Assembly (NCBI GenBank): GCA_002633005.1
Contig: NMRA01000031.1
Span: 1,252,542-1,316,541 of the forward strand
Source of the DNA: Phoronis australis
Taxonomy: Eukaryota > Animalia > Phoronida
Length of the DNA stretch: 64,000 nucleotides
Direction: 5' to 3'
The notes beneath the pieces were generated by a model. The model did no database searches. It was not told the origin of the DNA and worked only from the letters and a program-made list of their open reading frames with translations. The translations under genes and the position numbers were made by a program. Numbering within the stretch: position 1 is the first letter of the stretch; each line of letters starts with the position of its first letter. This document shows, in pieces, positions 12,101 through 24,100 of the stretch.

Positions 12101-15100
12101 TCATATCGTAAATACAGTACCAGTGTCCCAAATCAAGGAGAGTTTAACTGTAACTATTTGTAGCAGACTAGTATCTACCTGTATTGGTCGGGACAGTTCT
12201 CGGCGAGGGTGGCCTGTCAACTGAGGAGAGATCAGTAACTCAAGAGATTACTCTAAAAACACAAGTGCCAGTTCACCATCAGCTGGGCTTAAATGGTGGC
12301 TGAAGCTTATCTAAACTTGAAGAACTGAGTGCCAAATAAAGAGGCATGCGCCCAGTTGTATGAAACAGTCCCAAAAGGGAAAGAACCAAGTTCCCTAAAT
12401 CTTTTGAGTAACTGTGTCACTCATTCTTTATTCACAGCTGTAATTCTTTCCAACCATTTTACCTTGATTATGAGGTTCTCGTTCACTAAAAACATATTCT
12501 GATAACATGCTTAAAACTGTGCCCTTAGTTCCATGGAAATAGATAGGGACTTGGTTATTAAATAACGGGCGTAGCATGAAAAGATCTATAATTACCGGTA
12601 TTTTCAATAATATTGAGAATTTAATGCAGAGTTCACTCTCAATTTGTATCAAAGCCAAAACGTGACTTAGTAATGTAACTAAAACAACATAAGAAAGGAC
12701 AATAAGTAATTTTGAAAGTCCACAAATACGCTGTAGATTCAGGGAACTCGGTTTGAGTCCCTATTAAGGACGGTTTCATGCAACCGGGCAATGGACCACA
12801 CTTCTTGCTATTCATTTCCACACGTTTTCCAAGATAAAATTTCCATTTTCCACAAGATATTTTAACATACATAATTTGGCAATCTTTGCTCAATAATGCC
12901 AAGTACGCTTTGCAACAGGATTCACAAAATGAGGTGTCTTCTTATTCCACAAAGTTTTCGTAATTTTTTAAATGTATTTCATTTTCCAAGGATATTTTTA
13001 TCGTTTTAAGGGTTTCCAGGTTTTGCGTAGTGAGTGTGACCAAAAAAACATGCGGTGATGTTAGTACAATGTCATGAGTAGAAATGAAGTCTAGAATTGT
13101 TTTTTAGAAAAACGCAGTTATTGTAGTCTACACAGTTGTGACGAAGTGACTGCGAACAAGTAGCACCATAGGTGGCAGAGTACATAAGGCGCCGAACACG
13201 TGATAACACACTTATTTACAACAGTAGAACTAAAGGCTTAAGAAATTAAAGGTTAAAAATGAAAAAAGCTTAAGGAAGCGAAACGAATAATTTACCGAAA
13301 CAAAGTGACATCCAAGTGCATTTGAGTAATTATTTATAAAAATTAAAAATCAGCCGACCTCTAGCTCAATGCATACTTACCTATTGCAGTATTTACTCGC
13401 TCCACACGGACGGGGGTTATATCAGTCTCCTTCTGCGTGTGGTACGACGAATGGCTAATGGTGTGGTAACTCTCCACAGGGGGAGTCTTGTTGACTTTGT
13501 AGGAGACTACTGGCCGGTCGCGGTCGTACGATGTATCCGAGTGCTGGCGAGACAGTTTGCGACCATGTGAAGAGTACCACTCCCGATTGAGAGTGCGAGA
13601 TTTCATGGCGTCTCTACTACTTGATCTCGCAGGAGTTGGCGGCTTACCAAACGACTGCTCATGAGTTTCCATAGTGTATTTTGTCTCACCAGGTATGAAG
13701 TTAGCTTGCTTTTCCTGAGGAGTAATCGTGACTGTGTACGAGACCGGCTGTTCAACAATAATTTGTTTCTCAGACTTAAATGTCCTACCCAACGTCGAAT
13801 CAGGCACGTCAAAACTATGTCCATTACTGACCGCATTGTTCACGAAGCTCTGCTCATTTTCTAATATTTCGGACTCACTGGCCCTCCGTCTCGCGATTTT
13901 CGATTGCGCATTCTTGAGTTCCTCCACTAACTGCTTCTCCTGAGTCCTCCTCATCTCCCACAGAGGGCGCTCCTTCCTGGCCTGCAATTTCTGTTGTTGC
14001 TGCTCCAACCAAGTCAAGCTCTCACTGCCGTCAGATGTACTGTAAGACCTGTTATGGGACTGTGTGTCATATGGGGCACTATAGTATGGCACTGACTGGA
14101 GGCGATCCCGACCCACTCCAGGGGTGACTGGTAGGGTGGGTGAAGGTGTACGCACACGTACCGACTCGTTCCAAGACTTCTGACCCGATTTCTCGTACCT
14201 TTCAATCGTCACGTGCTGTGTTTTTTGAGTGCTGGGGTCATTGTAGTTATACGACGTCTTCTTGACGCTGACAGTACCAGTCTCGCCATCTGGTGTGTTA
14301 TAGTTGCGTTTCTCAGACATGGTACTGGTGACACCTTTACCAGATGGAGAGAACATCTGGTCACTCAACAAGTCCTTAAGGATGTCATCAAGCTCACTCT
14401 GTTCCTTGACTAGTTGCTGCGAGCTGGTCTCCATGTGCCTGGCTGGTTGAGAGTACGGTTGTACTTGAGTCTGGACGACTGGTTGAGTGAACGACTGAAC
14501 CTGACTCTCTCTCTGTACCGTCTCGGTGTGTCTGATTGGCTGACTGTAGGACTGCACGTGACTCTCTCGCTGTACCGTCTCTGTGTGTCGCGGACTCGTT
14601 TGATTCTTGGTCTCAATACTGATATTGACGTTGGGTGAGGCACTGGTGAACGAGGTCACTCCAATGCCACTTCCAGCTGTGTTGTAACCTAGGAGATGAG
14701 AAAATAACAGACGTTTGACTATGGCAGGTTGGTTGGACAAGTATCGGTAAAAGAGGCATGAACCCTGCGTGCTGTGTCGGCTGAGGATATGCCTGCTGGA
14801 GGGTGTGAGTTATTTCAAAGTGGCTGTTACTATCTGAGTTTGGATGTATACAAAAAGTGAGAATAAAAAGATTGCAATAGACATTGGTGACCATATAATT
14901 TTCAACGTACATGTGTTGGTCAAATGAGCTCTGAACAAAAATTACCAACAAAATATTAAGATTGCAAAACAATAGCTACCTAATAATCAGAGCAAGAGTT
15001 ATGAAAAACGATGAAAAATTATCCCCAGTTTTTTTCCTAAAAATTCTACTACAATGTCTATTCAAATCTAATGTAACACAGGACTTTCAGCAACGCAGGG

Positions 15101-18100
15101 ACAAAGTCAATGAAAAGGCCAAAACAAATCATTTTGGGCAACAAAAGATGAACAACTGAGTATTCAATGTATGATAACTGTAATGGCAGAGAGGAGTGAC
15201 ATAAAAAGGACAAAACAACTACACATGCAAGTGCATAAAAGACTGAGCCAAGGTTATACACCACAAATGGAAGTTCTATAATTAGCAAGTACCAGACCAT
15301 AAGAACAAGTTTATAAACTACAGAAGCACAATTAACCTACTTTTTATAAACAAATCTCTTCAAAAACACAAACTACATTGACAGTCACAAGCTACAATAC
15401 TCACTCGTAACAAAACTAAAAGGTATACGAACACTTCAAAATTCAATTACGTCCAGCACAGGCAATAGAGATAAGATATTATAGGGGTTACAGATACAAC
15501 CAGCATTGTGGTGACACCCATTAAGACTACAAAGATAATTGCCGAGTACAATTAGCAAATGTGGTAAACTAGCAAGGCCCAGTGCCATGTCCACGAGGCT
15601 ACTATAGATGTCACCAGCATACTTCCCACTACACTAACTTATTGTGAGAACTGTTTGCCGATAACTATGTGATGGGGTTATGTGATGCTGAGTAGTGATA
15701 CTGGGGAAAAAAGAATGGACGCAGTCAGCAACAACACTGGAATGCTATGTAGTGTTGATTTTTGGTAACCATACTGAGATACCTGACTGTCTGTGACGGA
15801 CACCCGGTATGACCCCAATTTGCCCAAAAGATAATAAGATGGCATTAAACTATGTCAGGAAATGACTCGCAACTATTGTACCCATAATTTTTACATGTCG
15901 ATTAATTACCTACCCTTCAAAGGCTTCTAACATATTGTACAGTGCATGTCCAGAGCAACAATAATGCGTACAATTTCGCAGAAATTGTAAAATCAACAAG
16001 GCAAATTACAGCACATATACAGAATATTTTGTTTAACGACGTTGCATCCCATTTGTAAACTAAAGCATATAGCGAAAGAGGCAAAAGGTAAAATGGCCAC
16101 ATGGGGTCTAGTAGAAGTCAGATCAGTCCAGAAACAAATGTCAACTGTGGTGCTGTCGAAAAAACACAACAAGCAAACTTCACAACATTTTCCAAGAGGT
16201 TCAGGAGACAATGCTGATGGTCAGAAAGTCGCATGCCTAGACAGAAATGACAGTAGTATGCACCGTCAAAAGAACAGACATAAAAAGAACAGAACGTTTT
16301 GATCGTTCAATTGGCATGTACCGATTTACTGACCAATAAAGGAAATGCTAGCTACATGGCAACAACGTGCCTGTTTTCTCTACAATATAACAAAATATAT
16401 TTCAAACGTTGATTGGTAAGTATGGTCAACACACCACTTGTGGCCATATCGCGTGACCTAATGAATATCAGCCTGAAAAGATTTCTACCCCAACCAGGAT
16501 TTGAACCCAGGACCTTCTGCTCACCGTGCAGACGCTCTAGCCACTGAGCCATCAGAACCAGTGGTCGAACACAGAAATTCAATCAGACTTAATAGTGGGC
16601 ATCTCTCCCTTGAACTAACTCCTGAATGTATATAAACATGTAATTCTTAAACCGGTGTGGAACTGCATATCACAAACATTTGTAAGTCACATCTGCGCGC
16701 CACCTGTGGCCACATCTTGTGACCCAATGAATTGAGTCTGGAAAGATTTGCGCCCCCAACCCATACTCGAATCCAGAACCTTATGTTTGCAATGACTAAG
16801 TTCCAGAAAACACTTAAATTGCTCGGTCTTGGAACACTTGACAAACTAAGTTGCCTGTTCACACAAACAGATATGCTTAGTTAACTACAAACGGGGGAAG
16901 GCGACACAAAATGACAAAATGAGCTCATTACTGTAAGAAAACAATGAATCGTAAAACGGTCTAAACTATTTGATCAAAATTTGGCTGAAATTAAAAGACC
17001 AGCGATGACAAGCCAGTAATTCAGACTGATGATGATCGCCACACATCACATAACAAACAGGTCGTCTTAAGAAAAGCAAATAAAAACCTAGAATGAAAAC
17101 TTTAAAAATTCTTAAGTTACTCGCGAATGAACTGAAATTCTTTTGCTTCAAAGTTTTGCAGATTTTCGACGTGCAGAGACTTCAACAACTATTGTGGACA
17201 CCAAAATCGCGCATTTTCATGTTGTTTCGTAAAACGCGTGCGATTTACTGTTGGCACGTCTTACCTGAAGTGGTGAGGAACTGACTTGAAGAGGATTGTG
17301 GTCCGTTCACCATGACTGGTCCGTTCTGGGGGAGAGCCTTCCTGCCGACGGTAGCGTAGAGGCTGCCGTCAACTGGGCCGGCCTTGTGAGCCATGTGAGT
17401 CACGTTGATGCTCGACTGAATGTGTTCTGGCTCAGCCTCGTTCAGATCTACCAATGAAAGTAATTGAAGTTTAAGAAGTTTGTTTGTAAAATGATCTGTG
17501 GCTGGCGGACAGCATTCGTGACGTACCACCAAAAGCAAATAATTTTGATAAATCCAAAGACACTTGATCTGTTGTTTTTGTTGGTCACAGTTCTTAACAG
17601 CTTGTCCATAGATGGAGCTATAAACTCCAAATAAGCAGATTACATGACCTATAAGCCACATTGTGAGACACCGACGCAGTCTAGACTAAACTTTAAGATA
17701 TTTAGTTATCTAGTAGCCGCTTCGAGTCATATTTTGAAAAAAAAATGTAAAAGAACAAATCTGAAGACAAACCAAATGTTCTGAGAGAAAAGTAAAATCA
17801 ACGTGTCTGTTTTTGTGTTGATTTGAAGTTGCAGCAAAAAATATGACAACATTTAATTGGCACCTAGCAAATGCCTTGCGCCCATCATAAAAGTCAAATT
17901 CAAGTCAACAATCATTTGTGTTTACACAACACTGTCCAGCTGGGAACAACATATAAACACAGAGAAAAGATTTTGGAAATGCCAAGTGACTACAATGTCT
18001 AAATTCCCACAACTGACTGTTTCAATGGACACAGACAATTAGATACCTCCAATGAGATTTGTTAAATAGACAGCAAACTGTCTGAAGGTACGCAATTGGC

Positions 18101-21100
18101 TGTATCAATACACACTAACTTGGTACATCCAATGAGATTTGTTCACAATGACACACAATGTCCTGTGAGACCAGTTTACCTGTATCTAAAGCAGCACTGT
18201 TGAAGTTCTCATAGGAGTCCCACCTAACCAAAGGGTCGGGCGTGTCATCAACAGACATCACACCATCATTGACCTCATGACCTACAAACAGAAAGCAGAG
18301 TTGTATACCTTACTATTACTATTATTATTACAATCAACTCTTTAGTATTGCTGGAATTACTCTGTTCAGGACATGTTATGGTTGAAAAGAGCAATTTCAT
18401 TTTGTCTCAATAAAAACATACAGTAAGAGAGTTGTTCTCTGTTGTTAGCACAGTGTTTTGCCACTAGACAACACTTGCTAAAAGTTGCTAAAAGTTTAAC
18501 AGCTGCAGCAATGCAGACAACCTCTGAAAAAAAGACCACTTAAGTTATTTTTTTGTTCTAAATAACACTACTTTTGCTGCAATAGATATTTCCTAGCCAA
18601 ATTGGATTGCATTGCTACAGTTATCTATATTTATTCCAAACCAAGAGATTAAACGACGGGTCTATGACAAACCAAACTTTAAAGCACTTAACAAGTGATT
18701 CTTAAAAGCCCAAGGTCTATTATTCTAACCACAATCTTATTGTAAGACTGTATTACAAATTCTGATTTTTCTAAAGCAAGTCTCACCTCAAGATGGCTCT
18801 GCTGGTTGTGGCAGCAATATCTATCTAGTAAGTTTTTTTAACTTCAGTTGACACGGTTCACTAGTTCATGAGGTTTGCACTGAACCAGTTTGAACTGACC
18901 AGTACGAGCAGTGCTTACCATGGATTTCATGAGGAGTGGGCGAAAACCTAAACTCCACCTTAGAATAGACTGGGAACCTTGGATCGATGCAGGCGTCGTC
19001 AAGGTCCGACTTGGTGAAGACTAGAGCATAGTCCGAAATAGCACATGTATGGAACTGACAACGAAAGATGACGTCGCGCGTCGAGGATCCATACTTTTTG
19101 TGATAACACTTCACGAGGATATCACCTCTAAGCAGGAGAGGCTGCTTCAGGTTGAAGCAGACGTGTGCACTGTGGTCAATAAGGTTACTGCAAACGATAA
19201 ATACACATCTTCAACATGCGACCTTCTGACCCATTGAAACTGCATATTTCTGTATAAACACATGCTTGTTTATCATTAGCCTGTTGTAAAATGAAGAATT
19301 CCTGAGACAGTGTCTGCAAAAACAGTAACTGCATGCTTGTTGAAATATTGAACAGAAGACTCTGTAATTTTGGGCATATATTAGCATAATTTTTTTGCCC
19401 AGGGTTGCATATTTGACAGGACTAACGTCCAGTGTGAGACTTAAAATTTTTTCCTCTTGAATAATGAGTGCCTTTCCCATCCTGAATAAATTAATGAATG
19501 AAAGTCAAACAAAGTTTTTATATACACACAGTATTTCCAAGTTAAGAAAAACTACTTCAGCCCATCAAGTGAAAACAAAGAAGAACTAAAATTTCAAATG
19601 TATTAATTTTATGGCCAGCCCTTTGAAACTGTACAATTCAAAAGCAGAGGCAATGTTTTAAAATTTTCTAAAAAAATTGATAATCATTTAGTGTGCGTGG
19701 AAAATTAACTGTTATAAGCGCAAGCCAAGAGAGAAGAGGACTGCCCTTTGCTTTGAGCAACTGGACAGTCACGCTGTACAATTTTTTCCAAGGTTCATGC
19801 GGCTGTTATATCGCACAAAACACAATCCACCAACAGAGGTCTCCCCTAGTTGCACTCACTGGACACCTGAGGTGAAGATAGGCTGCATTCCTTGGTAGAC
19901 CTTAATGAACGGTCGACAGCGGGCGGGCCCATCGTAGTTAGGTATCCCGTGAATGTAGACTTGCTGGAGATAGAATGGATTGCTGTTGATCTTGATAGCA
20001 CCAGACAGCAGGCCAGAGAAGTAGCGGACATAACGAAGCTGAGAGGGCTGGGTGACTGTTGCAAGCTTCTCAGAGTAAAACCTCTTCATAGCCAACGAGT
20101 CCAGAGCTTGGTCACCACTAGAAACAATAGCAATAATAAATGCAATAAGATTATATTCTAACAAATTAGTAAAGACACATCAAGATCATTCATGGAATCA
20201 AAAACATTTCAACCAGAACCCTAGTCAAAATTTAAATTTGAATGTGGTTCTGCAACTGTGGTCCATTTTTGTGTCAAGTACAAACGTCATGGCTTGAGCG
20301 CTCAGTGGTATCATGCAGCTAGTCACAGAGATGAGTTCATTGTACAATAAAGCTCGTATAACTAAGATATGCATATTTTCGAATAAATCAGACCAAGTTC
20401 TACGATAAGGTTGTTTTGGACCAGGCACTCAGCCCTTCAAATTAGTTGAATTTCGCACTACGTGGATGAAACATAATGGTCCAGAAGAATCCGACACAAT
20501 ATTTATTAAATGTAAACCATCTACCTGGAACAAATATTGCTGTAATGCATGTAGGCAGAAACAACAACCCCTGTCCGACCTTTGCCCCCTTTGCAATGTA
20601 TCACTACAACGTGCTGGTTATCCGAGTTCAACCATGAGTCAATAGCCTTGCAGATGCTGCACAGCCTCTCCAGAGGGGGCGCTAGGTGGTCAGGCCACCC
20701 AAAGTCCAGTACCTGCAACATAGATTTTAATTAAATGACAACAAATAAATATTTGAATCAATTTTAACTGGATAATAGTTAACACTTGGTTGATCAAAGC
20801 AACAGAGTTTATTCATATGTACCGCGTCAATTAATATTTATTTTCTTTCAAACTACTGCTGAGCGTGTATAAGTTTGTTTTGATGACAATATGACTTAAC
20901 TGCACTTTTTCAACTTCTTTTCACTTAAATAGTTATCGCATGATAGTTCTGACCTACACCTAATCAAGTTGAGGAAAAGATGTGTGACAGCCACAACAAA
21001 ATCTGTGGAGCTGTGTGATTACCTGTTGGTTAAACTTGCCAATATCGTAACGCCTCTCCGAGAGGTTAATGATCAAATAATTTTCCCCATGTCGTTCCCG

Positions 21101-24100
21101 TAGCATGCCAGCCACTTCCTTTATGTTGTTGCGGTATACGGCTTCGAACCCTTTAGCCGGGCATGACATGGCTGAAAACAACACATAACCATGAAACACA
21201 CTAGAGGGGAGAGATGTTGTAAACCTGATGCTGGACTACATCACTGGTTCTTAGCATTACTTTGCTTCTAAATAACAACCTTATTCTGGCCATTCTTCCC
21301 ATTACTCATCCATGTTGACATGTGAGCACAGAAAAAATCTGACATAATATAGCTCTGCACTTCACAATCATGACTTTGGGTCAGAGTGCTTAGCTTTCAT
21401 CAATTTGACATTTTTCAGCTTTCTTCAGCGTAATTAGATTAAAATGTTGATTGAACAATGATGTTTTTCTTTTCAAAAAGTGTTGTTTTAAGTCTCTTCC
21501 CAAAGTACTCAGTATTCTGTGTTGCCTATCTACAGTAAACTAATGATTGACAGGTAAGACCACTGTGATTGACAGGTAAGTCCACTCACCAGAACCACAC
21601 TAATCCTTGGAAACAAACAGTTACATAACTGCTTAAATGTCCCCACTGTTTCATTTGAAGTAGATAAATACATACAACTTCAAGGCAGACAATCACAAGG
21701 TGATGAGACTCACAAGATGATTCGTTGTTAAGTATCCATAGGGTGCCAATTCGCAGCAGAACATTGCAAGTTAAAGGACCTGTTCTTCTTTAAAAGTAAT
21801 CCCAACCATTCATCAAATATGGATTGACATTTCCTACATCTACTTTTCAAATCCTGACGTAGTTACCCGGATTCAAAACCATGGGACAATTTCCTTGACA
21901 AATTCCTAATGGAAAATAGTCGGATATAATGTGCCCACAATTTGAGAACCAGTTTGGTGCCCATTAGTCAATGGTGAAAACTGGTTCTCAAAATGTGGAC
22001 ACATTATATTTGACTATTACCTATCTAACATTCTATTTACTTTTTTAACTCTTGCGAATGTGACCATCTCATTCATAGTTTTACTACATGAAACGTGACA
22101 TGGCCTGGAAAATATCTATCTTCAACTTTCATTGGTTGAAATATGACTTATATTTACCGCTGCAAAATTTCGCCTTGCTTTAGTCTAGTAGTTGTCATGT
22201 CAAGGAATCTGCATGTCACGTGACCGTGTTCAGAATGCATGACAAACGAAATGAAAATGTCCGACAGGCCACCCATCAGTTATGTACTTAATTACAGTTC
22301 ACAGTTTCCTAGCCATCCAATTAAATTGTACATGAGCGTCCAACCATATTCTTATCGTCACAAGTTCATGACACTCTCCTGTTACGGCACGAGAGCGAGA
22401 ATTTTTCCTACTCGCTCCTTTTGCAAATATTTTGAAATCTATGACCGAATATCAGTTTGAGTCAGTACGTATACACTATAAGGACATTTTGGTGTTCCAA
22501 AGGTTGTAAAGTTTAGATTAGCTCTCAAAACACTGTTTAAATGGTAGCAGAAATGTGACACTCTGTTTGATTGAAAGTAGAGGGAACTATGAAAACACAC
22601 ACAACTCATCTTCAGGCCTTAAACTACACTTAAACAAGAAAACAGAAGATCGATTCGTTTTTATTATTCTGTATAAATAGCACCACCCCCTTTAGCAGGG
22701 CATTCCAAATCTCCCGACGACTGATAAGGGCAGTGGGAGTGGCTGTTCTCTGTCATACATCACAAAGTCACATTATGCGCTCAACACTTACTGGCACTTC
22801 ATTAACATATTGCCAACATAATTAAAACATTGCCCATCGCTAATAACGACCATCACAACTAGGTCACTGATCTGTGTAAAGTGACGTTCTTCATGCAAAT
22901 AAGGTGCTGGCTAGACATTAAAACACCGTATAACCGTTCTCCCGAGAGCTCATTTGATCGATTGATTTCATCAATCTTTTTTACGGAAATTTCCTCGGTA
23001 ATCTCTGTTCAGAGTGGCTATACCGGCATAGCACGAATTTTGAGAGAAAAAATTGTGAGACAATCCAGTGAAATTTGGACCCTAGACTAACAATCCAAGA
23101 CAAAAAACAGTCTTGTCCATCAACAAACGGTATCCACATCTTTTCCCGCTCTGAAATCGTTTTCATCTTCCCCACAAAATGAAGCAGTTCAGAAGCCACA
23201 CAATTCAGCCTTGGTTAGTGCATAAATTGATAGTACTCACCAATCACGCGCTCCGTTATGTAGGTGAGGTCAAGGTCATAATCTTCTGGTGTATGGACAC
23301 CTCTAAAAATAAACAGTTAGCAGTCTTCAAAAAAAATTTGCAATAACACGTTTAGTTCCGCCAAACATTCGTTGTTTGCCCTCACTTAAAGATGCTGTAT
23401 CTCATTAAAACATCAAGTGCGTAAATTAAATTTTGATTACAAATTATGCAATGTGCTCAAGTATACCGAGCTTACTCAAGTCCAGTCGAAGTTGAAATCT
23501 TCTGCAAGTCTTGATTTCGACACTATTTTGTGCTGAAATTTGTGCAAATTTGACTACGGTGGATAAATGAACGATGCTGGCCAACAGATTGTCAGTTTGA
23601 ACCTTTACATATTTCATGCATAAGCAGACCTCAGATTTCACTAAAGCTACAGATAGTGATTTGGCGTCACATTGACTTGATACGTGGTAAGCTATTCGGA
23701 AAAACATCGCTTGTGAATCCCAGCAGTGAATAGGAAATGTCGTCAACTCATTCTCAGATTTAGGATCAGCCAATCAAAGAAAACTCGTTCAAAGTTTAGT
23801 GAGCGCAATTCAACATCAACCCGTTGCCACTTTCCTAGAGGTATAAGTTGTGAAGATTTATTCGTATTTCTATCAAGTATTTCTTAAAATCAGACGGGAA
23901 ACGAGAATCCCTGGAAAACGCTCACTGAACATGAGCAGACTTTGCCCTAGCACTACAGGCATGCTGATCAATTTCAGTTTTAAGACCATCGCATGATCAC
24001 AATACTTACAGAGTGCTTGACATCTAAACCAAATCTGCATAATTTCACTACTATTCCAATCAACATGTTTGCAGTTTCCATAATGTGTAAGCGTTAGATG

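Noticed and set aside
16490-16560. tRNA gene
   Set aside because: A and B boxes present but no complete acceptor stem; continues into a body repeated nearby, so SINE-like
20525-23302. Stand-alone PTEN or VSP/TPTE gene
   Set aside because: Exons splice in frame to C1 upstream and to tensin-specific motifs and SH2 downstream; no voltage-sensor helices
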